Shown: in pieces, positions 1-12,413 of the stretch | How positions within the stretch are numbered: position 1 is the stretch's first letter | Layout of the letters: the number at the start of each line of letters is the position of its first letter | From: Eledone cirrhosa | Taxonomy: Eukaryota | Direction of reading: 5' to 3' | Assembly (NCBI GenBank): GCA_964016885.1 | Contig: OZ024743.1 | Location: 48,112,001 to 48,176,000, forward strand | DNA: 64,000 nt | Notes under the pieces: model-generated | The model's input: the letters and a program-made list of their open reading frames with translations, nothing else | What the model was told of the DNA's origin: nothing | Databases searched by the model: none | Made by a program: the position numbers and the translations under genes

Positions 1-33
1 CAGAAAATTAGTATGTTTATTTAAGTGATCGCC

Positions 34-118
34 ACCGGAAGTGTTGACATCACACACTCTCTCTTTCTATATATATGGTAGTTGAAGTGGTGGTGGTGGT
101 GACGATATACCGGAAGTG
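34..118 (+). promoter_or_regulatory. Two perfect ETS/GABPA sites (ACCGGAAGTG at 34-43 and 109-118)
   Basis: Identical 10-mer consensus twice, 75 bp apart, in CpG-poor DNA. Confidence 0.4.
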
Positions 119-222
119 CAACTTTGAAAAGAAGTCAATTTTAAATTATTTATTTTTACGAAATTATTTTTGTTTACAAAATTTAGCACATAAATTATGT
201 AATATTCATTCATTATTTATTC

Positions 223-604
223 TGGCAGTGGATTGGCAGTATCGGTAGAGGGTCGGACGCCATGCTTTCCAGCATAGTTACGTCCCTTTATGATCTGAGT
301 TCAAATCCCGCCGAGGTTGACTTTGCCTTTCATCCTTACGGGGTCGATAAAATAAAGTACCAGTAATGCACTGGGTAATTTGCTGGCCTTGTGCCTAAAG
401 TAGAAACAATTATTTATTCTGGCAGTATCGGTAGAGGGTCGGACGCCATGCTTTCCAGCATAGTTACGTCCCTTTACGATCTGAGTTCAAATCCCGCCAA
501 GGTTGACTTTGCTTTTCATCCTTACGGGGTCGATAAAATAAAGTACCAGTAATGCACTGGGTAATTGCTGGCCTTGTGCCTAAAGTAGAAACAATTATTT
601 ATTC
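223..604 (+). mobile_element. Two tandem tRNA-derived SINE copies (family A)
   Basis: Box A TGGCAGTATCGG, box B GAGTTCAAATCCC, central GCCTTTCATCCTTACGGGGTCGATAAAATAAAGTACCAG (resembles the Meta/MESC-type conserved domain, from memory); ATTATTTATTC flanks both copies. Confidence 0.9.
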
Positions 605-1035
605 AAAGTAATCCAACTTATTTTACTAACGGGATTAAAAAAAAAAACGTACGCAATCCCGCAGACCTTCCTTTATTATAGTTTAGATGACTATTATTAT
701 TATTATTATAAAGTGGACCAAAGTATGAAGTTAAGATGACAACTGCTTTATTAAGAAATCTGTTCAACCAATATTAAAAATGACCCGTTTTTGACAACAA
801 TTTTCACTCACAAGGCATTGGTGAACCTAAAACCACATGGTTTCAAAACAAACTTCTTAACCAAACAGCCATCTCTGTTTAAAAGAAATGAATATCTCAA
901 AAATAAAAGTTTAAAAATTCTCTAAAGGAGGAATATGATTGATTGAATTGAACCCAGTACATAGCTGGTACATATTTTATGTATCCTAAAATGATGACAA
1001 GCAAAATGAACCCTTGTTGCATTTGAAATGATAAT

Positions 1036-1140
1036 TGTTTTTACTTTTGGCACAAGGCCAGCAATTACTCAGTGCATTACTAGTACTTTATTTTATCAAC
1101 CCTGTAAGGATAAAAGGCAAAGTTAACCTCGGCAGGATTT
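1036..1140 (-). mobile_element. 5'-truncated family A SINE
   Basis: Matches the 3' half of family A; TSD ATTTGAAATGATAAT. Confidence 0.85.
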
Positions 1141-1439
1141 GAAATGATAATGTAGAACAATTAAATACTTCTTGAAGAGGAAGTAACTCATTTCCTTCTC
1201 AGTCCATGATTTTCTTCATCACTACACCCAGTAGATGTTTAGGCTAGAGTATTGGCCACACCACTCTCACCAGAATGGGTGCACTGCCTCTCCATCCCTA
1301 ACGAAGCTAGCTTTGGCTGTCACTAGCAATGAAGGATATATTCTTTTAATGTTGCAATATTAAAGAAAATGTAAAGGAAGCGGTGAACAACCGAGCCAAC
1401 ACCAGAGCAAAAAACAGCAGCGAGGGGTACTGGGCAACC

Positions 1440-1640
1440 TCTCTAATGATTTTTGAGGCAAGCCAGCACACTCGCAGCGTTGCCTCGGGTGATGGCGAGG
1501 CTAATGCGCTGGAACAATCAAGCGTTCTTGCGAGATTCGTCAGTGACCTCAATTAGGCGAGCCGCCAGTGAAGAGAGGAACCTCGCAGTCAGTGGCCCGA
1601 CTCCCCCAAACGCCTCGAAAGCCACAGGCTATTGAGGATG
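1440..1640 (-). mobile_element. CRE-like (REL endonuclease) non-LTR retrotransposon 3' relic
   Basis: Minus translation PVAFEAFGGVGP...LFQRISLAITRGNAASVL, the same C-terminal motif as the 58379-58944 ORF. Confidence 0.7.
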
Positions 1641-1689
1641 ACTTAGTGGTATGTACTATGCTTTGCTAAGAGTTGTAGGTGCCTCCATT

Positions 1690-2024
1690 TGTGAGCAGAC
1701 AGACAACTTCTTGACCTTCCCTTCCTTGAACCAGCAGAACATCTAGGATGTGACAGCTAGAGTATCCAGTCCTAAATAAATGAGGTCGTGTAGGGGTCAC
1801 AACAAAAAAACACACAGTCCACGCTGTAATGTGGCCGTGTAGGTAACACGGTAAAAACATCCTAGCCCACACTGTAAACGTGGTTGGTGTTAGGAAGGGC
1901 ATCCAGCCGTAGAAAACCTGCCAGACAGTCCCATACGAGCGAGACGACCAATCTTCCCTCAAGTGGGACAATTCCTGTCTAACCCATGCTAGCGTGGAAG
2001 ATAGACTTTAAACGATGATGATGA
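1690..2024 (+). mobile_element. RTE LINE 3'UTR fragment ending in (GAT)n
   Basis: Near-identical to the 3'UTRs at 27300-27625 and (reverse) 18716-19070. Confidence 0.8.
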
Positions 2025-2530
2025 GAGTGAGAAACACAGAGTACAGAGAACCAGAATATCCAATGCTCTAACAAATCTGTCAAATTGACAGAAAAAAAAA
2101 AAAAAAATCAGTCGGGCTTTTTCTTGTTTCCACCATTCTAATAATAAACACGTCATCATCATTGTTTTTACATTTGCTTATCCCATGGTGGCATGGGCTG
2201 GATGTGATTATTCTGAGGTAATTTTTCTATCAACATATGCCCTTCATGATGCCAACTCAAACTTTATTTTTAAGTATGGTATATAGCACCCTTCTTTGCC
2301 AAATCACTACGCTGTGGGAAGTATTATGAAAGACACAAACGTCATATCTTGCTTTAAACAGTATTGATATGAAGACATATGGAGACAAACAGATAGACAC
2401 ACTCATACACACACAGATATATATATATATATGTATGTATGTAAAAGGTAAACAGAAATAACAACACAATCGGTACAGTATATATGGAAGGGATATATTA
2501 GGTTAACGCTTGATATAGCAGGAAAAGGGT

Positions 2531-2564
2531 TTTAACATTTCGAACACTAGTCCTTCATCAGAAG
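2531..2564 (-). ncRNA. Degenerate minimal hammerhead ribozyme motif
   Basis: Minus strand: CTGATGA-a-GGAC-tagt-GTTC-GAAA-tgttA; stem II pairs, stem I weak. Confidence 0.45.
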
Positions 2565-2960
2565 AAAGGATGAGAAATAAAATAGATTGAGGGGACGGGC
2601 AGGTTTCTTTTTTCTTTTTTACTGGTTTCAGTCATTAGACTGAAACTATTAATGTCAAAAGGATGATTATGATTAATATATTACATCATCATCATCATTT
2701 TACGTCCGCTTTTCCCTGCTTGCAAGGATGGGACGGGACTGATTCTGGCTTGATTTCTACAGCTGGATGCCCTTCCTAACACCAACCTCATTTACAGTGA
2801 GTGCTGGGTGCTTTTTTGCTGTGGCACCTTCACAACCACTTTGCAGTGGAATGATAGGGACCCCAGTCCTATCATCTCATTTCTACAGCTGAGTAAACTG
2901 GAGCAATGTGAAATAAAGTGTCTTGCTCAAATGAAACAGTTCTAGTCCTGTAGAAGCTCT

Positions 2961-3001
<41 letters not shown>

Positions 3002-3154
3002 ATGGGGTTCTTGAGATTTTGCCTACAGATAATTCACTGACAAGGCAATGGTCAGTCCAAGGTGCAATGGGATCAAACACAAAACTACATGGTTCTGTTG
3101 TAGCAAACTTTTTAACCACAAAGCATTAGCAAATAAACACAAAAGAAGATTTAC

Positions 3155-3349
3155 CGTTTCTTCATTAATGGATTACAAATCCAAGACTTGAGTTTTCTTT
3201 CTCCAAATTTAGTCATTGTCTTATTGAGAACCCAGAATAAACTTCCTTTTGATTTGCCACTTGTGAGATTCCTCAACAACTCCAAATTTTGAACAGATTT
3301 CGCAGGAAGCCTCATGTAAGATGATTCCAAAGAAAAAGGTTTGAAGTCA
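3155..3349 (-). CDS. MSH3: MSH3 exon 9 (DFKPFS...NLELLRN...KGSLFWVLNKTMTKFGERKLKSWICNPL)
   Basis: Acceptor ttccag|, donor |gtaaat, 195 nt; start of MutS domain III. Confidence 0.95.
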
Positions 3350-3768
3350 CTGGAAATAAATTATGGAATTAAATCATATACATGTCCCATAGAAAACAAG
3401 TTTAACCCTTTAGTCACCTTCTTATTTACACCCGATTCTTTCTATTTCTATATCTATCATCACAATTTAATGTCTATTATCCATGTTTGCATTGGTTAGA
3501 TGGGTTGTCACATTCTAAGGCTAGACAAGTCAGATAACCACACCTGGCTGTTCACTACATTTTTTGCTTTTATTGGAGCATTTAGCATCTTAATAACACA
3601 TATATATATTCCGATATTTGATCAGAGACACACACTGTATTTAAGGTTGAGTGACGCACCTTCGAGTGATTAGCGGCCTTTAGACTCACCTGATCAATGA
3701 AACAATTGTTAATACTGTAAATAAAACCCTTTTAGTACAGCCAACCATGTTATTCTTCACTCTTTCAC

Positions 3769-3802
<34 letters not shown>

Positions 3803-3857
3803 GCACATATATATGCAAGATTTAAAAAATAAATAAGAGAATGAAATATCAACTCAC

Positions 3858-3975
3858 CCACTAATTTTGAGAACTCTCTCTAGCTTAAATTCAGTGAGGT
3901 AAGATATAAGTGCTGACAAACAACATATCACAGACGATGGTAATCCTATCACATCTTGTAAACGAATCACTCCAC
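3858..3975 (-). CDS. MSH3: MSH3 exon 8 (GVIRLQDVIGLPSSVICCLSALISYLTEFKLERVLKIS)
   Basis: Donor |gtgagt, acceptor taaaag| (exact acceptor slightly less certain), 118 nt; VIC.L.A.I.YL.EF.LE motif. Confidence 0.9.
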
Positions 3976-4704
3976 CTTTTAAAGAGAATAATAACATTAA
4001 TTCAACACTGATTCCTAACAAAGACACATGGTCTCACACATTTAGAGGTGGGATGGGGATAGATGTTGTTACAGTTCACATGTGTAGGTGTCATCAGTCC
4101 TCTATGAGCTTGCTATGCATAAGTTTCTTAGTTGATTTACCTTTTAATGTCCTGTGCTACAAGAAACTGCATTAGCAAGGGAATATTAAAATGTACAAAA
4201 AAACCATTATGACCGTGTCACATGGAAAATTAAAGCCTTTATCCTAATGCTGCAAATTTTCAGTGACCTCTCCACTAGTAAAGATACTATAAGCATTTAA
4301 ATTGACAAATCTGTTTTAGATATTTTCTGCTAAATCATTGCAGGATGTTAAGAGTCAATGATAGGAGACCTAGACCTGTTCTGTCATCATTTTTCTGGTA
4401 TCTGAACTCAGAATTCACAGAGCTGGAACAGATACAGCAACAAGTCTGCCAATCCTCTGCCATGGAGAGGTACTTTATTTTCACAAACCTGAAAGGAAGA
4501 GAGGGAAAGTTGATGTCGGTAGGATTTGAAATCACTGTGCTCACAAGATCCAACACTCTAATGACTGTCAATATTTACCCCAACACATCAATGGTACTTT
4601 ACATTTTCTACCTTGGAAGAATGAAAAGCAAAAATAAACTCAGCAGGATTCAAAATCATATAGGAAGGAAAAAGTATTAAATATAGCACGGGATATTAAT
4701 TGGA

Positions 4705-5980
4705 TATTACTATAACTAAACATTAACACTTATACCAAAGACAATATTACTATAACTGAAGATTAACACATATACCAAAGACAATATTACTATAACTGAA
4801 CATTAACACATATACCAAAGACAATATTACTATAACTAAACATTAACACATATACCAAAGACAATATTACTATAACTGAAGATTAACACATATACCAAAG
4901 ACAATATTAGTATAACTGAACATTAACACGTATACCAAAGACAATATTACTATAACTAAACATTAACACATATACCAAAGACAATATTACTATAACTGAA
5001 CATTAAAACATATACCAAAGACAATATTACTATAACTGAAGATTAACACATATACCAAAGACAATATTACTATAACTGAACATTAACACATATACCAAAG
5101 AGAATATTACTACAACTAAACATTAACACATATACCAAAGACAATATTACTATAACTAAACATTAACTCATATACCAAAGACAATATTACTATAACTAAA
5201 CATTAACACATATACCAAAGACAATATTACTATAACTGAACATTAACACATATACCAAAGACAATATTACTATAACTGAACATTAACACATATACCAAAG
5301 ACAATATTACTATAACTAAACATTAACACATATACCAAAGACAATATTACTATAACTGAAGATTAACACATATACCAAAGACAATATTACTATAACTGAA
5401 GATTAACACATATACCAAAGACAATATTACTATAACTAAACATTAACACATATACCAAAGACAATATTACTATAACTGAACATTAACACATATACCAAAG
5501 ACAATATTACTATAACTGAAGATTAACACATATACCAAAGACAATATTACTATAACTGAACATTAACACATATACCAAAGACAATATTACTATAACTAAA
5601 CATTAACACATATACCAAAGAGAATATTACTACAACTAAACATTAACACATATACCAAAGACAATATTAGTATAACTAAACATTAACTCATATACCAAAG
5701 ACAATATTACTATAACTAAACATTAACACATATACCAAAGAGAATATTACTACAACTAAACATTAACACATATACCAAAGACAATATTACTATAACTGAA
5801 CATTAACACATATACCAAAGACAATATTACTATAACTGAACATTAACACATATACCAAAGACAATATTACTATAACTGAACATTTACACATATACCAAAG
5901 ACAATATTACTATAACTGAACATTAACACATATACCAAAGACAATATTACTATAACTGAACATTTACACATATACCAAAG
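4705..5980. repeat. 40-bp tandem satellite (ACAATATTACTATAACTGAACATTAACACATATACCAAAG)n, ~32 copies; resumes at 9798-9909
   Basis: Direct inspection; near-identical units with no unique spacers. Confidence 0.97.
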
Positions 5981-8900
5981 CGCGGGGGGGGGGGGGGAGT
6001 GCTCGACCGGAAGGATGCTCGACCGGAAGAGGAGGGGAGAGAGAGTGCATTCGTGCAGGTGGGCGAAGAAGTCTGGGTTAAGCCCCCAGATGCACGGTGC
6101 ACATCTCAATGGGGAAGGGGAACGGTGACGGCCGTAAATTCAAAGAACAATGTGTCTGTGGACGGGGTACCACGTCATGTCCTGGATGTAAGAAGAATCA
6201 CTGTATCGACGGACTCCGAGGAAGAGGAAACCCAAGATGAGGTGGAAACCCAGAGCCCTGCCCCAATACTACGAAGATCGCAACGGAGTCGTAGACCACC
6301 GACCTGGACAGCAGACTTTCATATGCAGAGGGACGAGGGGGAAATTGATCCTTGAGATCAGGGGGGGCGTGTGGGTATGGTGTGGCGTGCGGTGGCCGGG
6401 GGCGGGTGCTCGACCGGAAGGGCCAGGAGAGGGCCTCTCTCTAGTGGTGACCAGCATACGGTGAGGACGCGTTTTGGGCAGCTCCCGGTTTTAAGCAGTC
6501 GGACGCACGTGGAAGAGGAGTACCTGCAGTGGAATTTAGCGGCACCTGTGAAAAGCGGTAAGTGAGATAGCTTTTTCTAACCACAAGCTATTTCGGCGAC
6601 TGAAAAAAAAAAAAGAAAACACTTGCCGCAAAACAAATCAGAAGATGGCGACAAGACTACGGATGAACGAAGCTATCAGGCCATTCACCGGGGAAGGTGA
6701 TGTTGTCGCTTGGCTGCGGAAGGTTCGGCTGATCGCGGGCTTGCAGAAGATAGAAGACGTGGCCGGTCTCATTGCATTGTACCTCGAGGGCGACGTGTTG
6801 GTACTCTTCCTTGAGTTGGACGAGCACAGCCAAAGAGATGTGCAGAAGATTGAGAGGCGTCTGATGGATGCATTCGCCGAGGGACCGTTGGCGGCTTTTG
6901 CTAAGCTGGCGAGAATCAGGTGGAATGGTGAGCGCGTCGACATTTTCGCAGCGGAAATAAGGCGGTTGGCTATGTTGGCGGGCTACCAGGCAGAATGCGA
7001 ACGCACGGTGCGGTTGGCATTCATCAATGGATTTCTGGACGACATAGCGGTGAAACTGCAGCAAGTCCCGGGTACAAGGAGATGGAAATGCGTTCACTGG
7101 TGGAACAAGCCCGGATCATAGCGGAAGATGCCAAAAAGAGTGTCGCGGCGATAGCAACTACGGAGGCTCAGGACACCTGGCAGCGAAATGGTCAAAGGGA
7201 GGCAACCTCGGCCGCGGCCGTTCGCGAGAATTTAAGGGCCGCGAGTTCGAGCGAGAAGTAGAGAGATGGATCGAAGAGGGCATACTGCTTCCCTGGAAGG
7301 AGGAGGTGAAGTGCGGAGTATTGCCGTTGATGGCGGTGGTGCAACCCACGAAGAGCAAGGTGAGGCCGGTGCTGGACTATCGAGAGCTGAACGAGCACGT
7401 GTCATGCCACACGGGTGGCGAGGTCACGGATGTCTGTGGGGAAACCCTGCGTGAGTGGAGATGTATGACGGGGGGTTCAGCGATCGTGGATCTAAAGTCG
7501 GCTTACTTGCAGTTGCATATAGATGAGAAGCTCTGGCGGTATCAGCTGGTGAGGTATAAGGGCCGGACATATTGCCTGACCAGGCTCGGTTTCGGGCTGA
7601 GCTCCGCACCGAAGATCATGGCGGCGGTCCTCAAGACCGCTCTGGGGAAGGCCGACAAGATAAAGAGGGCTACTAACTCCTACATTGACGACATCCTAGT
7701 GGACGAGTCGGTGGTGTCGACGGCGGAGGTCACGAGCCATTTGCAGAGGTATGGACTGACTGCGAAGCCATCAGAAGCATTGGAGGGAGGAGCCGCGCTG
7801 GGACTTAGGCTACGGCGAGATAAGACGGGCGTTTTGGTGTTCCAGAGGGGAAACGAAGTTCCGGAACTGGGCCCAAATATGAATAGGCGGGAGCTTTTCT
7901 CAGTGTGTGGAAAGCTGGTGGGTCACTACCCGATCGCTGGGTGGCTCCGGACGGCATGCAGCTATGTCAAGAGACGAGCGGGAGGGGTGACTTGGAGTGA
8001 CAGAGTGGGAGAGAGAACGGTGGCCATGATGCAGGAGATCGTGGGGAGGGTGAAGGCCGACGACCCAGTGCGGGGACGTTGGTATGTTCCCAAATCACGG
8101 AGCGGGACCGTATGGTGCGATGCCAGCAGCATAGCGCTGGGTGTCACGTTGGAGATAGGAGGTGTTGAGGTTGAGGATGCAGCCTGGCTTAGAAAGAAGG
8201 ACGACTGCAGCCACATCAATGTGGCCGAGCTGGACGCGGTGTTGAGAGGGGTGAACCTCGCCCTGCGGTGGGGGCTGCACACCATCGAGATACGCACCGA
8301 CTTGGCTACCGTACTCGGATGGGTAAGATCAGTGCTCACCAGTGAGAAGAGAGTGCGAACGAGAGGCGCGGCGGAGATGCTGATAAAGCGCCGCCTGGGA
8401 ACGTTAGGAGAGCTGGCCACCGAGTTCGACCTGAAGCTGAGCGTAGTGTTCGTGCCCTCAGAGAAAAATAGGGCGGACATCTTAACTAGAGTGAAGAAAG
8501 CCTGGATGGAAGCGCCGGAGGAGGTAGAGGATGAGATAGCTGCCGTGTGTCGGCTGACCGAGTTAGACCTGAAGGGGTTGCATGACATGCACCACATGGG
8601 GGTGGATAGGAGCCTGTTCCTAGCCAGGAGAATCGACTCGGACGTTAGCAGACACAGTGTTCGGGGGGTCGTTAGAGGCTGCGTCCGATGTCAGTCCATT
8701 GATCCCGCCCCGGGTGTACACGAAACGGGAAGCCTCCCGGTGGATCGCGACTGGTAGCGATTAGCGGTGGATGTGAGCACTACCGGCAGGGAACGTACCT
8801 CTCGATGGTCGACTGTGGACCAGGTCGAGTGGCGATATGGAGGGAGATGAAGACCGGAACGGCCGAGGAAATCGTGCGGACGTTGAGAGAGGTGTTCTTG

Positions 8901-9797
8901 GAGCGGGGCCCTGTGGATGAACTGCTGATGGACAACAGCGCAGCGTTCCGCTCGGAGGCACTGACGGGGATGCTCGAGGGATGGAAGGTGGACCGTTTCT
9001 TCAGAGCGGCGCACAGGCCGAGCGGGAATGGAATCGTGGAGCGACACCACCGGACGATCAAGGCAATGGCGGAGCGGGGCCATATCTCACCAATGGAGGC
9101 AGTGTTCTGGTACAATATGTCCCCTCGGGTTGGACAAGTCGAGGAATCGGTGCCACACAGAGCAGTATTCAAATACGAGTGGCGGCACCCGTGCACGCCA
9201 CCACAACGGCCAGTGGGGAGAGAGAGTGCATTCGTGCAGGTGGGCGAAGAAGTCTGGGTTAAGCCCCCAGATGCACGGTGCACATCTCAATGGAGAAGGG
9301 GAACGGTGACGGCCGTAAATTCAAAGAACAATGTGTCTGTGGACGGGGTACCACGTCATGTCCTGGATGTAAGAAGAATCACTGTATCGACGGACTCCGA
9401 GGAAGAGGAAACCCAAGATGAGGTGGAAACCCAGAGCCCTGCCCCAATACTACGAAGATCGCAACGGAGTCGTAGACCACCGACCTGGACAGCAGACTTT
9501 CATATGCAGAGGGACGAGGGGGAAATTGATCCTTGAGATCAGGGGGGGGCGTGTGGGTATGGTGTGGCGTGCGGTGGCCGGGGGCGGGTGCTCGACCGGA
9601 AGGGGTCTTTGACCGGAAGGATGCTCGACCGGAAGGGCCAGGAGAGGGCCTCTCTCTAGTGGTGACCAGCATACGGTGAGGACGCGTTTTGGGCAGCTCC
9701 CGGTTTTAAGCAGTCGGACGCACGTGGAAGAGGAGTACCTGCAGTGGAATTTAGCGGCACCTGTGAAAAGCGGTAAGTGAGATAGCTTTTTCTAACC
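5981..9797 (+). mobile_element. Gypsy/Ty3-type LTR retrotransposon, defective (gag-RT-RNaseH-integrase), with an extra upstream int-tail/PPT copy
   Basis: LTR TGTGG...CCACA at 6370-6585 and 9552-9797; G-rich PPT before each; gag 6645-7260; RT with VDLKSAYLQL and YIDDIL; RNaseH WCDAS...HINVAELDA; integrase HHCC and DDE (LMDN, GNGIVERHHRTIK); stop at 8755-8757 and frameshifts. Confidence 0.93.
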
Positions 9798-10937
9798 GAA
9801 CATTAACACATATACCAAAAACAATATTACTATAACTGAACATTAACACATATACCAAAGACAATATTACTATAACTAAACATTAACACATATACCAAAG
9901 ACAATATTAAGATATGTGGTCTAGTAGTTAGGGTGTGGCATTCTTAAAATAGGAAGTTTGATTCCCAGACTGAGCGATGCATTGTATCCTTGAGCACTGC
10001 ACTTCTTTTCATGTTGCTCCATTTCATTCAGCCAGAAAAGAGTACCAGTGGCAGGTGAGGGTTAGCTCTGTAACAGACAGGTGTCTTATACTCTGTCATT
10101 TAATGCAAATGAAACTATGATAACGTCTGGCTTTGTTCAATCATGGGAAAATAGATTGTAAAATAATGGTTCTGTAGTTTCTGCTTTTCCTTTGCCTTGT
10201 TTTTTTTTATGCATGCATGTCGTTTTTTTTTTAACATTTTTCAAATCCTTATTCTGGATTCAATTTTTGCTAGAGCGGATAGCTCCCCCTTGTTGCATTG
10301 TTCGCCATCTTACTCCACATGTGAGTAATGACATCGATTTTCAATAATTTGAAAATCTGGCTCGAGGTACTGTAGTAAGACGCCTCACGCTCCTTGATAG
10401 AACAACGCCGGTTGAGAACGCCAGAAAGAAAAGACAGACAGCCACTGGAAAGCCGACGGATCACACGCCAGATACCAGCCTCTGTACAACACCATTGTTT
10501 GTGCTACAACAAAAAATAAACGTATATTTCATCTCTAATTTCTGCTGTTATTATGTCACTTGCATCTCGATAACATCTACAACTAATACTGCTAAAGTTC
10601 TCTCTTTCACTCTGCTCAATGAGGATTTACCTCAGCTAAACAATAACTTTGCTGTTAGGAATGGTGCTAATATAATGTGTTTATCCATTTAAAGGTTAAC
10701 AATTTTTCAAACTTTTGAGTTGCTGGCTGTTCTCCACGGCAATGCTTTTGCCCTCTTGTCCATAGGGCGCAGCTGAGAAATACCACTTAGACAAGGGATA
10801 GAGTCTGCCCCTCCCTTATCACTTCCTCCTTTTTTCATTATTGACTTTTTTTCTCCCTTCCTGTTTATTATGCAAAATATTTATGTAAATAACATTGCTT
10901 GATTTTTCAAATGTAAAAAGAATTATTCAGAACTCAC

Positions 10938-11047
10938 TAAGGGTGTTGTTGTTTCCATAAAAACTACTAACAGCTTCAAATGCTTTCTGGTAAGTGAATT
11001 TGTCTTCAGCAAGTCTCTCAACCCTTATACGGTCATCAGCTGTAGAG
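10938..11047 (-). CDS. MSH3: MSH3 exon 7 (STADDRIRVERLAEDKFTYQKAFEAVSSFY...)
   Basis: Acceptor ttttag|, donor |gtgagt, 110 nt; DDRIRVER motif. Confidence 0.94.
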
Positions 11048-12246
11048 CTAAAAAGAGATAGTTAAACTAATAATTAACTCAACAAAGACAAAAAACATTC
11101 TAAAGGGTTACAATAAACTTCAGAATCCAAGGCTAAATTATAAACTAGAAACGTTTCACATTTGTAATGTTAGTGTGTGTAAATGACAAGGCATAGATGA
11201 GTCAAGAGAAAAAAAACTGTGTATAAGAGGGATTAGTACGGTGCAAGAGAAAAGATTGTGCTGGTATGGACACATCTATTTCTTTATGGCTAGACTCTCT
11301 CATGGAATAGAGAAAGACCAACTAGCAGATGTAGTTTAGTCCCATATCAAGCCTGATCATGCATACCCATGATTAATAGTATTCCAACCATGACCATTTT
11401 CTATATCTAGGATTACATTGCACAATATTTCTAGCAGGTCTAGCAACCATATAATGTCTCTTTTTGGCTAAAAAAAAGTGTTACAAAAATTTGCAATTTC
11501 TTCGCAGGTCATCTTTAATGAAACAAACTTATAAAACACCTGGATTCCTGGGTCCCTGAACCACCTCCCTACTAACTGTGATCAAAATGAAGAGGACCAT
11601 CCATTAGAACAAACCTTGTGAGGTGGATTATCTCTTTTAGAACATCCTCCTCATCATCCACCATTCTATCTACTGAGGCCATGTAGTCACTATGTTAACT
11701 TCCCAATATATATAAAACACTGCTACATAATTATAATATTTAACACTATAGTATTCAGTCCAAGACTGTGAATTGGCAAAGTTATTAGAGTTTGTGGTAG
11801 TTGATGATCATGATAATGATCATCATTTTATGTCCATTTTTTTCATGCTGACATGGGTTGGATGGGTTGTTACAGGCCAAGTCAAGTACTGTCCTGATAG
11901 ACAGGTGAAGCAGAGACCATGTATCACTCAATATGTTCCTGTCCTAATGTAAGGAGTATTGATAATCCTAGGAGTGATCCCTTAAACTTTTCACTATCAT
12001 ATTTCAAATAAAAACAAGAATAATCAAGAATTTGGAGAAATTTCGTAATATAAGTTTCACATAATCTGGTGTTCAGAGCAAAACTTACCAAACGATGGAA
12101 GGTATAAATTTAAATATGAACTATTTAAAATACACAGAACCAAGAGTGGCTTCAGGCAGTTTGGTACCAAAAGGGTTAAATTTGATGGGCACAACCCTTC
12201 ACTCCAGACCAAACTTAAAAATAAAAAAGTCACAGTTTTATCATAC

Positions 12247-12413
12247 CAAAGAGCAGAATTGTCCCTGAGTAATCGTTCTGTTGGTTTCGACAGTGTTGGT
12301 GGTAGTAACATTTCCACAGGTTGAATATGTGTAATTCTAGTCTCAAGTTGATTTCGACTGAGGACATCATCAAAGCAGTCATAGATGAGATCACCAGTGG
12401 CAGGTTGAACAGC
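12247..12413 (-). CDS. MSH3: MSH3 exon 6 (AVQPATGDLIYDCFDD...LETRITHIQPVEMLLP...)
   Basis: Acceptor atttag|, donor |gtatga, 167 nt; connector-domain motif. Confidence 0.95.

Noticed and set aside
223-312. tRNA genes (box A/box B motifs, also 24031-24100)
   Set aside because: Heads of multi-copy SINEs with body, tail and TSDs; no proper cloverleaf
1-3154. MSH3 exon 10
   Set aside because: No I..R.DAV / LPD.ERGL-like exon found; it probably lies beyond the window start
4335-4680. 78- and 111-aa ORFs in intron 7
   Set aside because: Not needed for the MSH3 frame and no recognisable domain; probably an old LINE relic
4705-5980. Regular 40-bp periodicity resembling a CRISPR array
   Set aside because: Units are contiguous with no unique spacers, in a eukaryotic intron; it is a satellite
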